Source: Callorhinchus milii
Taxonomy: Eukaryota
Direction of reading: 5' to 3'
Assembly: GCF_018977255.1 (NCBI RefSeq)
Contig: NW_024704743.1
Location: forward strand, 8,000,001 to 8,064,000
Length of the DNA: 64,000 nucleotides
Part shown: positions 40,254-53,555 of the stretch, in pieces
How the letters are laid out: every line of letters starts with the position of its first letter
Position numbering within the stretch: the stretch's first letter is position 1
Translations under genes and position numbers: made by a program
Notes under the pieces: model-generated
What the model was told of the DNA's origin: nothing
Databases searched by the model: none
Seen by the model: only the letters and a program-made list of their open reading frames with translations

Positions 40254-41765
40254 AACAACAACAAGATTCCATTTATAAAGCGCCTTTCACGTCAGGAGGA
40301 CGTCCCAAGGCGCTGCACAGTTGGGTCATGACCCGAGCAGGGGGGAAATGGTCAGGGTGAGGGGAGGGAAGAGGGAGGGGAAATGGTCAGGGTGTGGGGA
40401 GGGAAGGGGGGGAGGGGGAAGAGAGTCGAGAGGGGAGCTGAAGGCACGGTCAAAGAGAAAGGTTTTGAGACCGGCCTTGAAGGAGGAAAGGGAGGAAGCA
40501 AGGCGAAGGCACTGGGGGATGGAGTTCCAGAGCCTGGGGGCTGAGAGGCTGAAGGCCCGACCACCGATGGTAGGGCGGTTGGGGCGGGGGACGTGGAGCA
40601 GACCGGAGCCAGAGGAACGGAGGGTACGGGCAGGTAGGTAGGGGGATAGTAGGTTGGAGAGGTAGGAGGGAGCAAGGCCGTGAATGGCCTTGTAGGTGAG
40701 GATGAGGATCTTGAAATCAATCCTCTGGCGGATGGGGAGCCAGTGGAGGCGAGCGAGGGTGGGAGTGATGTGGTCCCGAAGCCTGGTGCGGGACAGTACA
40801 CGAGCTGCAGAGTTCTGAATGACCTGCAGCTTGTGGAGGGAGGTGGCGGGAAGGCCGGCGAGGAGAGAGTTCCCATAGTCCAGCCTTGAGGTGACAAAGG
40901 CGTGGACCAGGGTTTCAGCAGCGTGAGGGGTGAGGTAATGGCGTAGTCTGGCGATGTTCCGGAGGTGATGGAAGGCGGTGCCAGTTGTGGTGCGGATGTG
41001 AGGGAGAAAGGACAGCTCAGGGTCGAACAAAACGCCGAGGTTCCTGACTGGCTTTGAGAGGTGGAGAGTGCAGCCTTGGATGCTGATGGTGTCAGCGCCT
41101 GAGGTGCGGAGGCGCTGACGTGAGCCAATCAGGAGGGCCTCGGTTTTTCGCACGTTGAGCTGAAGAAAGTTGTCTCTCGTCCAGGACTCGATGTCGGACA
41201 GGCAGACTGTCAGGACATCGGTGGTCGTGGAGTTGAGAGTAGAGGAGGAAAGGTAGAGTTGGGTGTCATCCGCATACATGTGGAAGTTAACTCCATGTCT
41301 GCGGATGATGTCACCGAGGGGGAGCATATAGAGGGTGAAGAGGAGGGGACCAAGGACAGAGCCCTGAGGGACACCACATGAGACAGTACGGGGGGTGGAG
41401 GAGAAGCCATTCATCGAGACAAAGTGAAGACGGTGAGAAAGGTACGACCTAAACCATTCAAGGACAGTGCCTTGAAGGTTGAGGTGGGAGGACAAGCGGT
41501 GGAGGAGGATAGCGTGGTCGACCGTATCGAATGCTGCCGATAGGTCGAGGAGGACGAGGAGACAGAGGGAGCCCTGGTCACAGATGGTCAGGATATCATT
41601 GGTGACCTTGACCAGGGCAGTTTCTGTGCTATGGGCAGCACGGAAACCTGACTGAAGGGGTTCGAAAAGAGAATGGGTGGAAAGGAAAGAGCGCAGTTGG
41701 GAGGCGACAACTCTTTCCAAGACCTCGGAGAGAAAGGGGAGGTTGGAGATGGGCCGGTAGCTTGA
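40254..41765 (-). mobile_element. L2-clade LINE, 5'-truncated young copy; uninterrupted RT C-terminal frame 40326-41771
   Basis: Motifs [55 protein letters not shown]. 3' stem-loop tail with (TTG)n. TAACACC flanks both sides (40247-40253, 41766-41772). Confidence 0.97.
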
Positions 41766-42010
41766 TAACACCCTTAGTTCCCAAGTTTATATCTGGTTCT
41801 CTTAAACAATCCAATTGTTACTGCCTCTGCAGAATTCTAGAGAAATGCATTCCTTATTCCCATAACCTTGTAGGTGAAGAAATGTTTTCTGATCTCACTT
41901 TTAACAGGCTTATATTATGCCTATGTCCGCTCATTTTGGATATCTGTATCAGAGGAAAGAGTTATCTATCATCTAGATTGTTGATTCCTTTCATTATGTT
42001 ACCTACAATT
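41766..42010 (-). mobile_element. CR1 3' fragment, host of the 40-kb L2; continues at about 40130-40250
   Basis: IRKHFFTYKVMGIRN-like CR1 terminus; sequence is continuous across the L2 insertion. Confidence 0.65.
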
Positions 42011-42645
42011 ACCCTACATAGACTGTTACAGCACAGAAACAAGGTATTTGACCCAACTAGTCCATATTGGTGTTTATACCACATGCAAGGTTTACACCTT
42101 ACATAAGTCTCCATCCCTCCTAATCGCCTCTCCCATACACCTCATGTATGCATTAAATGGAGGTGCCAGGAAGTGAAAGACTTTGTAGACGAGAGTGGAT
42201 GAGTGTGTGTATATTGTATTGTACAAATAGCTAAAAACGCCAGTTGTTTTTTGACACTGCTTTTTTTTTATTTGAACTTTTGCTGATGTGGTAATTCAGA
42301 ACAGATCAGGTACTTTTTAGCTTTTATTTTTTATAGATTTTCGTTAGATAAAGTATGAAATGTATGTGTTTTTGCACATTTTGTTTTTTATAAAGTATTT
42401 TTTGCCAGCCTTTCTGCCCGATGAGCAGACCAGTTTTATCCACATGTGCAGTAGATCCAACTGACATTTTGTTTTGATTTGTTCTGTTTTGTATGGTCAA
42501 CAGGGTGGAAATTCCACCGGAATCTGTTGTCTTAGCATTTTAGAATATCCAGAACATGGCCAAAAAAATCTCAAATGATTTTGAAGGTTTTTCTCTACAT
42601 CTTTTTTGAGGAACTTACAGAAAACATGCCTTCAAAGTTGAAGAA

Positions 42646-43006
42646 TGGAGTCCATAGCCTAGGGGTTAGTTTGCTCACCTTGCAAGTGAAAGGACCTGGG
42701 TTTAATTCCCTGGCAGGGCAAAACCTTAGGAAAGTTTCCTTACTCCACATTTCTCTATTTACCTAGCAGTAAGTAGGAACCCAGTTGTTTGTCAATTGGC
42801 AGATCGCTTTCCTGGGGTAATAATCCTTCAAAAGAAATTTGGTCACTCAATCCATAACTGTTTGTAGGATACTCCTGTGCGCAATTGGCTGCTGCATTTC
42901 GCCCAAAAGATACCCAGTCAATCCACTTTACAACATATTCTGTGAAGCACTTTGAGATGTTTTGATGTAATAGGGCACTATATCAAAGCAAGGGTTATTA
43001 TTATTA
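42646..43006 (+). mobile_element. tRNA-derived SINE, long subfamily
   Basis: Full-length similarity to the other copies. Confidence 0.9.
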
Positions 43007-43631
43007 AGTTTCCTTGTAAATAGGTTGATGCATTTGAGACAACTCCTCAACTCTAAGAAATATATCCAAGTTTACTTAGCTTCTTATCATATGTAAACTC
43101 CCTCACACCAAGTATTAATCTAATGAGTCATTGCTGGATATCCTCTAAGGCTAATATGTATGCTTCCTAAAGTTGGATGCTCAAATGTATAAAAGTACCC
43201 TAAATGAGATCTGACCAACACACTGTATAACCACAGTTTTATATGCCAGACCTCTTGCAATAATTTCACCCACAAAATATAGTCAATTCACTTTACAGTA
43301 TTTTCTGTGAAGCGCTTTGAGATGTCTCGAAGACATGATAAGGTGCTATATCAAATGCAAGGATTATTATTATAATGCCCAGTGTATTTTTAGCCTTACT
43401 GATTGTTTCTACAATTACAAGCATTCCATTCCTTGACCTGAAATCACACCTTATCTGTTTTGAGGATCAGTTACTTTCAGATGTACGGAGACACCAGAGC
43501 AAGGGGACAGGTTTAGGGCAATTTCAGGACAGACACCAGGAAATATTTCTTGACACAAAGGTTAATTAATGACTGCAACAGTAAGGATGGTTGAGGTCAG
43601 GGCACTGGACTCATTTAAGAAAAAAAACCTC

Positions 43632-43960
43632 AATAATAATAATAATAATAATAATAATCCTTGCATTTGATATAGCGCTTTTCACGTCGGGAGGACGTCC
43701 CAAAGCGCTTCACAGAACACACTGTAAAGTGAATTGACTGTATATTTGTGGGCGAACGCGGCAGCCAATTGCGCACAGCAATGTCCCACAAACAGTCGTA
43801 GATTGAAAATGACCAATTTAATTATTGTTTTTAGTTTTGGAGGGATTATTATTAGGCGTGTGGAGTAAGGAAACTTGCCCAAGGTTTCACCCTCTGCCTG
43901 GAATTGAACTCAGGTCTCTCACTTGCAAAGCGAGTGCTCTAACCACTGAGCTACAGGTCT
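43632..43960 (-). mobile_element. tRNA-derived SINE, young short subfamily, inserted in a CR1 tail
   Basis: Near-identical to 28138-28473; CR1 3' sequence on both sides (about 43480-43625 and 43961-44040). Confidence 0.95.
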
Positions 43961-45889
43961 CAATGCTGTGATTAGAGAATGGTAGGGTGGGTATTCTGAA
44001 AGGATGAGATCAGAGGGCCTTTTTCATCTGAACCAACCTTGAGTATTCAGTGATGAAGAAAGCTGGATAAACTCAGATGACCAAAAATCTTGTACTGTAT
44101 CAGTATAAATTTTGTGCTGTAGGATTCTACGATACTATTCTCTGACATAACCCTAACCTGACATTTACACATGCATTTTCTAAGCAAAGGGGCATTGGAC
44201 TAGAATTAAAATGGAGAACCCTAGATTCTTATCTTCTCTTGCCCAGGGGTATTAAGTCCAATTAGAGAACCCCTACTCCCTTAATGACTGAGGTCAGCCA
44301 ATATCCTAGCGCCATACGGATTGTACTTTCCTCACTGGGTAAGGCTATGGATGAGATCGGCTAGCAGGTTGCTCAGTTCAGATGTCCTCACTGACCAATC
44401 GATTAGCTTTGTGATAGAATCACTACAAATTTACCCGATTTTAATCTGCAGTATTTTTAACTAAACGTAGAGTTGCAGTATTAGAGATTCTACCACCAGC
44501 ATCTCTAAACCCACAATGAGAATATAAGGCTTTTCTCCATCAACAGGCCGCTGTCAAGGTATTATTCATGAGTTCCTATCAAGTATAAAAATGCAGCCAT
44601 GGCTGTTTATTAATTATCTGATAAATGTATTCAGCATGTTACTTTATATTCTTCACAGTGAACTGCAGGGCAAGTGGAGAAGGTTCGTGCCACTTGGACA
44701 TCAGTGACCAACCGGTCAGTCAAAGCACACTTCATAGGATTCAATACTTCTTTCTGCCTCTGAAACTTTCTTTTTACATAGCTGCACAAAACGTTACTAA
44801 TAGCTTGGAGGCAAGTGGGGGAAAAAAACTATGAGCATCATCATTCTCATGTATGTAATATTGACTATTTGTCATTCTAAAAAAAATCCACCCACTGGAA
44901 CATGCATGGAGATGCCATTATTTAATAATCCTGCTTCATGTTTAATTAATGAGGACGGCAGAATTCCAGAAAGCATCCAGCAACCCAGGGCTTTGCAAGA
45001 CTTTTTTTCTTAATTACAACCCCTCCCCCCACCCCTCTTCTTCACTGAGCTCTGTGGTTGCCAGTGCCATAGAAACAGGTTACCTGGGAGATTTTGTTTT
45101 GTGGCTGTGCTTTGAATAAATGTGAAAAAAAATTCCACAGGTGCAAAACTGAATAAACCTGAACGCATCATGTTGACTTGAAAAGAGTATTTATTTACTG
45201 TAATAACCAAATGACAAGTTTAACAGTCTCTAAAGGTGAGAATATTGAGCAAAATTAAAATGCCAGCGATCCGATGTCACATAGTAAATAGACTCAACAT
45301 TCAGAAGAAAACCTGTTGGTATTTGAAGAACTGCAACCAGATAAATTTACATAAAAATTTTGTTTTGGTCAGCCAGTTGTCACAAAATACTTTATTTGTG
45401 AAGGATATGTTCACGTGCAGAGACCAAGAAGAGGCAAAGTGCTACTTCAGTATATTCTGTTCTCTCTGTGAAGTGCTTACACTTGACCAGTTTTAACCCT
45501 CCCTTAAAAATAACTACTCAGTGAAAGGAAAATGCATTTGCTGTATGTCCAGGTTCATCTTCACTTAGACTACTCCAAATATGTCTTTCTACAACTCCCA
45601 TCTTTTCTGTAACCAAGACAGAATCCTAATGTGCTTAATTGTCTTTTAAATTTAATTTGTTTTAGGATGATGGAGCACTTCGAATGGCTGGATTTCATTC
45701 AACTAAAGCATTTTGCCATTGTTACATATCATTTACAGGCACTGATCTGAGATTTAAGAATGGAATTTATGCTGAGATGTTATAGAGTACAGGCATTCTA
45801 ACTTGAGATAAAGTGGAAGACTTTGAGTAATTTTTCTCCATTTTAGGGGTTCCCAATGTGAAGTTTATAATTCAGAATTGCAAAACTGT

Positions 45890-46470
45890 ACATTTATAAA
45901 GGGAGGACATCACGACTTGAAAGTCCTGGCTTGGCACCTGAGCTGGGAGTGGGAGTTGAGGGGAATGGAGAGGGAAAGAGAAAGGTCAAAGAGGTAGATC
46001 TTGAGACAGACCTTGAATGAGGCGAGGAAGGGGGTGAGTTGGAGGAAATTAGAGAATGGAATTCCAGTGTGTAGGGGCTGATCGGCTGAAAACCTGACTG
46101 TTGATGGTGAGGCAGGTATGGGGGTGGGGGGGGGGAAATGAAGCAGGCCAGCATGAGGAGGTTGTAGAGGTAGGGCTGGGCAAAACTGGAGTAATTTAAA
46201 GGTGAGGATGAGCATCTTGAATTCTATCCACTGGGGGATGGGAGCCAATGGAGCCGGGCAAGGACGGTGATGAATGGCTCGCAGAGCCTAGTGTGGGAGA
46301 AGACATGGGCTGTTGAGTTCTGGATAGTCTGCAGCTCGTGTAGGGAAGAGCCGGGTAGTCCAGCCAGCAGTTGGTAGACCCTGAATGAAATGAAGGATGG
46401 GGTGAGTTGGATCACGTTTCAGAGATTAGGGGGCAGATCAGCTGAAAGCCCAACTGCTGATGGTGGGCTG
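45890..46470 (-). mobile_element. Degraded L2 RT C-terminal fragment
   Basis: [42 protein letters not shown]. Confidence 0.85.
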
Positions 46471-46868
46471 TGCAGTTAAGCCTAGATATAATAAATGCAT
46501 GGATTGTAACTCATCAAATTGTTATGTTAATAAAATGAATATAACATTTATGCATATAAAACATTGTATTTGTATCATTGACTGAGCTCTGTTGATACTG
46601 CTAATAGTGGGAATTTATGCTGTGTACTGAAAACAAAGGTGCATTCCATGCACTGTGTATTGGTACATTATATAGATAATTATTGCCAGTTATTAGTTGA
46701 ATTTGTATAACTTGCCATAAAAGTGAAGTTCTTCTTACAAGCAACAGTATCATTGCAGTTTTTAAGTCAGTAATCATTGGCAAACTGTCTAGCATCCTGG
46801 ACATTTAAAACTAACTTGCCATACTTTCTATGCAGTGCTAGGGTGTATTGCATTGTCCTTTGAATGAA

Positions 46869-47180
46869 ATGGAGTCCTGCAGTGGTTAGAGCACTCGCCT
46901 TGCAAGCGAGACACCTGGGTTCAATTCCAGGCAGGGCAAAACCTTGGGCAAGTTTCCTTACTCCACACGCCTAATAATAATCCCTCCAAAACAAAACAAT
47001 AATAAATTGGTAATTTTCAATCCACAAGTGTTTGTGGGACACTGCTGTGCGCAATTGGCTGCCGCGTATCGCCCACAAATATACAGTCAATTCACTTTAC
47101 AGCATATTCTGTGAAGCGCTTTGAGACGTCGAGAAGACGTGAAAAGCGCTAAATCAAAATGGAAGGATCCTTATTATTAT
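46869..47180 (+). mobile_element. tRNA-derived SINE, short subfamily
   Basis: Same head, body and tail as the 56-kb copy; followed by a Deu-like SINE body (47181-47455). Confidence 0.9.
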
Positions 47181-48669
47181 AAATGTTAAACCGAGGTCCA
47201 ATATGTCTGTTCAGGTGGATGCTAAAGATCCCATGGCACTATTCAAAAAGAGAAGGGAGTTTTGCCTGGTGTCCTGGTCAACAAATCCCACAAATAAAAT
47301 TATTCACTCTATGGCTGTTTATGGGACATTGCTGCGCAGAAACTGGCTACAGCGTTTCCCCCACAAAAAATATAGTCAAAGCTCTTTACAGTATATGCTG
47401 TGAAGGATTTTGAGACATCTTGACGATGTGATGAGGCACTATATCAAATGCAAGCTTTTTTTGTTATTATTGAATAACCAACCTACAAATTCTGATCAAT
47501 GAACAATTGGAAATCATAGGGCTATTTATAACACACGAAAGTGCAAACATTGATAGTTTTATTCCTATATTTTGAGCCACTAGTAGATTCACAAAGCTTC
47601 TCACGTGTCCTGTCATCAATATCCTGCTGGGAGAATATGCTAATATGATAACGGGGCTGTGATTCATGAAGTAGGTTGCAGGAGGTTATTATGTCCAAAG
47701 GCTGATGTAAATAAGCCAGACCTCAGTCTGTTTTCCAGATGGATACAACCTGACAACAGCTGAAACTGAAGATGTTGTGCTTTGTGTTTTGTTGAGTTTT
47801 CTGTTGTACCAAATACTATATTTTCAAATAAATATATTTTTTAAAAAAGCAGAACTGTTCTGACAACATGCTGATCTCTACAAAAATGCCAACAGATGTA
47901 GATAGTTATGAATCAAGCACTTCAAAACATTAGCAAGATAATGTAGGAGAGTGTGTCAGAGTAACAAATAAGAGACCATGAGCAGGATGTTCCTGCCATT
48001 CCTCCCAACCTAGGTAAATAATAAAGTAATAATTTATTATTAAAGGTCAATTAATATGACAAATTTCAAAACAGGAGGTCAAAGCACTTCACAGGATTTA
48101 CTGCAAAATGTAGCTACTGTGTATCTTGTAAACAAATGCAGCAACTGATTTGCACACAGGAATGTCCCACAGACAGACATGAAGTGAATGACCAATTTCA
48201 TCTGGTGGATTGTCGGCCAGGACATTGGGAGAAACTCACTTCTCTTCTCGAGTTATTCTTTAACATCCATGGAATCTGAAAATGGGATCTTTAACTTCCA
48301 CCTGAACAGGCAGACAGGATCTTGGTTTAACATTTTATTCAAGGAATGGAACCAACAACACAACATCACTCCACCAGCACTGTATCGGAGTGACAGCTTA
48401 GACTATGTGAGTTCTAAGTTCCAAAGTATGGCTTGAACTGACAACTATCTGACTCAGAGGTGAGAGAGCCATCAATTGAGCCCTGACACTCATATAGTCA
48501 CATGCTTTGAGTAGATCTTTGAATCCTCTTGGGAACTGCTGTTGGATGCACCGAGCTAATGATAGCCCACACTCCAAAATATATATATATGAAAACAAAG
48601 AGTTCAAATTTCTTTTTGTAGATGAATATTATCCACAATAATATAACTTTTATAATATAACTACTTTAG

Positions 48670-48938
48670 TTATCAGCCTGGTTCAGTTGGTAGCACTCCA
48701 GCCTCTGAGTCAGAAGGTTGTGGGTTCAAGCTCCAAGTCTGGACTTTGAACTCACAGTCTTGGCTGACAATGCAGCACTGGTGGAGCAGTGCATTCTCAG
48801 AGGTGCCGACCTTGGGATGAGAGATTAAACCAAGGTCCTATCTTCTTTCCAGGTGGATGTTAAAGATGCCATGGCACTAATACAAAAGAGAAGGGAGTTT
48901 CTCCTGGTACCTGGCTAACGATCCTCCAGATAAAATTA
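48670..48938 (+). mobile_element. Deu-domain-like SINE, 5' part; tail at about 49647-49742
   Basis: Same head and body as the 53166 copy; host of two nested SINEs. Confidence 0.8.
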
Positions 48939-49646
48939 GTGGAGTTCCTTAGCTCAGTGGTTATAATAATAATAATAATAATAATAATCCTTGCATTTGA
49001 TATAGCGCTTTTCACGTCGGGAGGACGTCCCAAAGCGCTTCACAGAACACACTGTAAAGTGAATTGACTGTATATTTGTGGGCGAACGCGGCAGCCAATT
49101 GCGCACAGCAATGTCCCACAAACAGTCGTAGATTGAAAGTGACCAATTTATTATTGTTTTTGGTTTTGGAGGGATTATTATTAGGCTCTGTGTGGAGTAA
49201 GGAAACTTGCCCAAGGTTTCGCCCTCTGCCTGGAATTGAACTCACGTCTCTCATTTGCAAAGCGAGTGCTCTAACCACTGAGCTACAGGACTCCATGGTT
49301 AGAGCACTCGCCTTGCAAGTGAGAGACCTGGGTGTGATTCCTTGCAGAGCGAAATGTTGGGCAAGTTTCCTTACTCCACGCACCTCTGTTTACCTAGCAG
49401 TAAGTAGGAACCCGGTTGTTAGTCAATTGGCAGATTGTTTTTCCGGAGATAATAATTCCTTCAAAAAAAATAATAAATTGGTCACTCAATCCATGACTGT
49501 TTGTGGGACACTGCTGTGAGCAATTGGCTGCCGCGTTTCACCCACAAAATATGCAGTCAATTCACTTTACAGTATATTTTGTGACGCGCTTTGAGACGCC
49601 TCGAAGATGTGATAAGGTACTACATCAAATGCAAGGATTATTATTA
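48939..49646 (+). mobile_element. tRNA-derived SINE, long subfamily, split by the nested young SINE
   Basis: Head gtggagttccttagctcagtggtt at 48939 resumes as tggttagagcactcgcc at 49296. Confidence 0.9.
48964..49295 (-). mobile_element. tRNA-derived SINE, young short subfamily, nested in an older SINE
   Basis: Full copy flanked by duplicated TGGTTA (48958-48963, 49296-49301). Confidence 0.95.
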
Positions 49647-51799
49647 CAAATACAGTCACTAAACTTACAGTAAATCCTATGAAACAATTTTGAGATGTCT
49701 CGATGACGTGATAAGATGCTATATCAAATGCAAAGATTATTATAAATTGGACTATGTATAGTGAAATAAAAACTACTGTATTTGTTATTCATGTACATTA
49801 AATAATTATACAATAGTTAACCTCAATTTTGTTGCAATACCTCGGTTACTGTGCACACGTTATCATCAGCTGTAACCTTCGACCTCCAGGAACTATGTCC
49901 TTCTGAGTTTTATCTTTCTACAGAGCAGACAGAGGAGCAACTAAAATCCTGATATAGCAACACAATGTACTATCTTACAAAATTTACATTTATGCCGCAC
50001 TGGTGAAATCTGAACCATTTTGCAATGTTTCTTTTTAAATTAATAGTGTGATACTGGTTCTATTAAAAGTGTTTCCATTTTATATCTTGACAAAGTTAAG
50101 GGCCACTGTCTACTGGTTGAAAAGTATATCTATTGAAGTCTCACTTCTCTTGCTCATTCTTGGACTTTAAAGTTCATTTTTCAGTATCACTCTTCACTTT
50201 GTAGGCCATCCCATAAAACCTCTCATTGAGGGGGGTAGCATCAGCATACTCTAAAGTTTCTCTGTAAAGGACACCTGTATAAACTATGTGAGTTACCTTT
50301 CCCTTCTGGTTTTCTCTCTTGCTCCCTTAGGAGAAAGTGCTTCAATTTCAGCAAGAGCCTCCCCAGATACCTCCAGCTGAGATCAAGAGGTCATTTTGTG
50401 CAGCATCTCAGACCTACCTTTCTGTGGCACAGCATGGCAGCTAACTAACCTGCTGTGACACTCTGCTGGCTTTTCTTTTGGGATTTTAATCAGAAAAGTA
50501 AATTGGTGGCACAGTGCATGCCCACGCCACGAGAAAGATGCCGTAGCTTAATGGCTTCATAACAGATTACTAATGGCAGTGAACAAAATTCAAACTAGCT
50601 TTGTTTTGCTCGACTAGTACTGAATATAGTAGCAATAAATTTAAATAGGAATGTTCCTCCTCTTTGATTATTAACTTTTATTACTGTTATACTTGGGGGG
50701 GAGGGAGAAGAGCACCATTACTAAACTTGGTTTGCTTCATTGAATATGAATCAATCCTAAACTCCAATCCCGTGTTTATTTACTAGCTGTGTTCGATATC
50801 TCTACTAATTTGTATTTAACTGCAATGAGGTAGGTGAGATCTTGTGGGTAAAGCTTAATAATAATCCTTGCAATTGATGTAGCACCTTTCATCTCAGGAG
50901 GACACATTACAGTATATCACGCTTCACGTGATATACTGTAATGTGTGTATTTTGTGGGTGAGCACAGTCACTCTGCAAGGAGTGTTACTATTTTACACAG
51001 AACTGCTTCTTTTCAATTCTCTGACTTTCTGACTGTGTGGAAAGTTTTCGGACAGCCATTACACATACCTTATGTGAATGAAATTTGACAGAGTTAATTT
51101 AATAAATGAATCAATAAATGTAAAAAGGCAAAGTCTGTTTCTTTAAAATCAAACTTTAGAGGCTGACAAAAAACATTCTTGTTGACTTTAGTCTGTGCTA
51201 TCTATTGTTATAACACTGCAGTTATACCAACAAAAGCAAATCAGAAGGGTCTTTGTGACTTAATGAGTTTATCAGAAAAACAGAATGGCTTGTCAATTAT
51301 AATCCTATTTTTTTTACTACCTAATAATTTCCCTGGAAAAAAACAGAGCATTTAAATCAAAATTTGTTGTTGTTGAAGTAAGCTTTAAATAGTGCCCTTC
51401 ACATCAGGAGGACGTCTCAAACTCTACACGCAGCTGACTGGCAGCACAATCTGAGGGGTGAGGGAGTGAAACTAAAAGGCAATTTGTGGGTCTCAAGTGT
51501 TATTCTGTCAGTGCCTGAACCTGGTCGGTGAGGGTTGGCAGTCTGTTAAATCATAGAGAATTACAGCAGAGTCGGATCTTGTCCTTGGCTGATTGTTAAA
51601 TAAAAGCAACAGGTCAGGATGTGAAGCCAAACTACCAAATCATTGACCAAGTCAGTTGGGCTCCACCACTGTTAAGCGCTTTGAACGCCGTCCGGGTGAA
51701 GTGCGCTATATAAATTCAAGTTGTTGTTGTTGAATTTGGGTTCTATACAAAACATGCTCACTACTCTGGTAAGCCCTGCAGTTGGACTATTGTGTACAA

Positions 51800-52050
51800 T
51801 TCTGATCACCATGACATAACAGGCTGCCAATACCAAAGAAGTAGGACAGAGGAAAGGAGAGACTGATCCACAGTGTTTGGAGAAATGAGATATGGTGAAC
51901 AATTGGATAGGCTGTGGCTCTTCAGTCTCAATACGAAATGTCTCAGTGGACACCTTATACAATTTTTTACAATCTTTGAAGGGATAGAGAAACATTCAAC
52001 AATATCTTCATATATGCCAAGGCAGCAGGACAAATGAACACAGATTCAGG
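51800..52050 (+). mobile_element. Degraded CR1 fragment
   Basis: VGQRK.T...MRYGEQLDRLWLFSL..CLSGHLIQFFTI, matching the CR1 ORF2 C-terminus. Confidence 0.6.
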
Positions 52051-53165
52051 GCTACAGTCAGACCCAGTTGTAATGTCATGGTTTGGGTTCATAAAATCTG
52101 ATTCCATGTTAGGTTCATAAAAGCAATCATTGTGTTAGATCCATAAAATCAGGAATTCTTTGGGAGAAATGCTCTGGGAAAAATTGGCAAATTAGATGTA
52201 AAAAAATAATAATCCTTGCATTTGATATAGTACCTTATCACATTGTTTTCTACTCTGGTCATCAAAATTTGGTTGTTCTCCATGTAATTGTATTGTCTAT
52301 CAGCATTATTAATAATAATCCTTGCTTTTGATATAGTGCCTTATCACGTTGTTGAGATGTTTCAAAGCACTTTACAGAATATACTGTAAAGTGAATTTAA
52401 CTGTACATTTTGTGGGCGAAACGCAGCAGCAGTCGTGGATTGAATGACCAAATTATTATTTTTATTTATTTAACTTTTGAAGGGATTATTATAAAAATAA
52501 ATGGGAAGAGATTTGAAATATCTGAATTTCTACTTGGATCTGGTGTGTTATTTGACTTCATGGGTGTTAACTGTTAATTTTTCAAAATAGTGATATTTGG
52601 TGATTGTTGTCTGCAGCTTATTTTACAATAAATCATGGAGTATCTTTCTGCTTTCTGGAGAGGTTTTTTATTTAAAAGTGTGGTTTTATTTCTTAGTATC
52701 TCAGTTTACTCACTGTCTTTATCAACTCTAACAATACAATACAATTTGCATTTATATAGCACCTTTCACATTCGAAGGGCATCTCAAAGTGCTTCACACA
52801 GCTGGCTGGACAGCTGAGTTTTTTTGGGGGGGCGCTGAAGAAGGAGATGTGTATGTGTGGAGGGATGGGGGGAGGGGGCAGATGACTGAAAGCACGGTCA
52901 AAGAGGTAGGGCTTTTGAAAATGAGAAGGAGTCCAGTATGGAGTTCCAAGAACAATTAAAGCAGGAAGGAAGATAAATTCATCATCTGTCTCTCTATGAG
53001 ACTACTTTCACACACAACTGCTCTGTCCTTCAAGTGAGGATAGATATGGACATCACGAAAGTGGAATGAAGGTTAAATCAGGAGAATAATTGGGGAACTC
53101 TCCCCCCGGCCCCGGCAAATAGACTCAAACTGTGTATTATAGGCTTTGGATCTACTAACTGACGG

Positions 53166-53555
53166 TATCAGTCTGGCTCAGTTGGTAGCATCCTTGCTTC
53201 TGAGTCAGAAGGTTGTGGGTTCAAGCCCCATATTGCAACTTTGAGTTCATAGTGTAGAGCTGATGCTCCCATGCAATGCTGAGCAATGCAGATGAGACGT
53301 TAAACTGAGATTCCATCTGCCTTTTCAGATGGAAGTTAAAGATCCCATGGCACTATTCAAAAAGAGAAGGGAGTTTCCTTTCAGTATTCTGGCCAACAAT
53401 CCCCCAGTTAAAAAAAAATGATCATTCACTTAATGGCTGTTGGTGGGACATTACTCCGAGCAAACTAACTACTGTGTTTACTATAAATGCAAAGTCATGA
53501 GTACACAAAATTCAAATGTTTATGACATGAAAAGGCTCTTATCAATACAAAGATC
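53166..53555 (+). mobile_element. Deu-domain-like tRNA SINE (SacSINE1-like)
   Basis: ggctcagttggtagca...tgagtcagaaggttgtgggttcaagc head; gatgagacgttaaac...aaagatcccatggcact body recognised from memory as the Deu domain. Confidence 0.8.
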
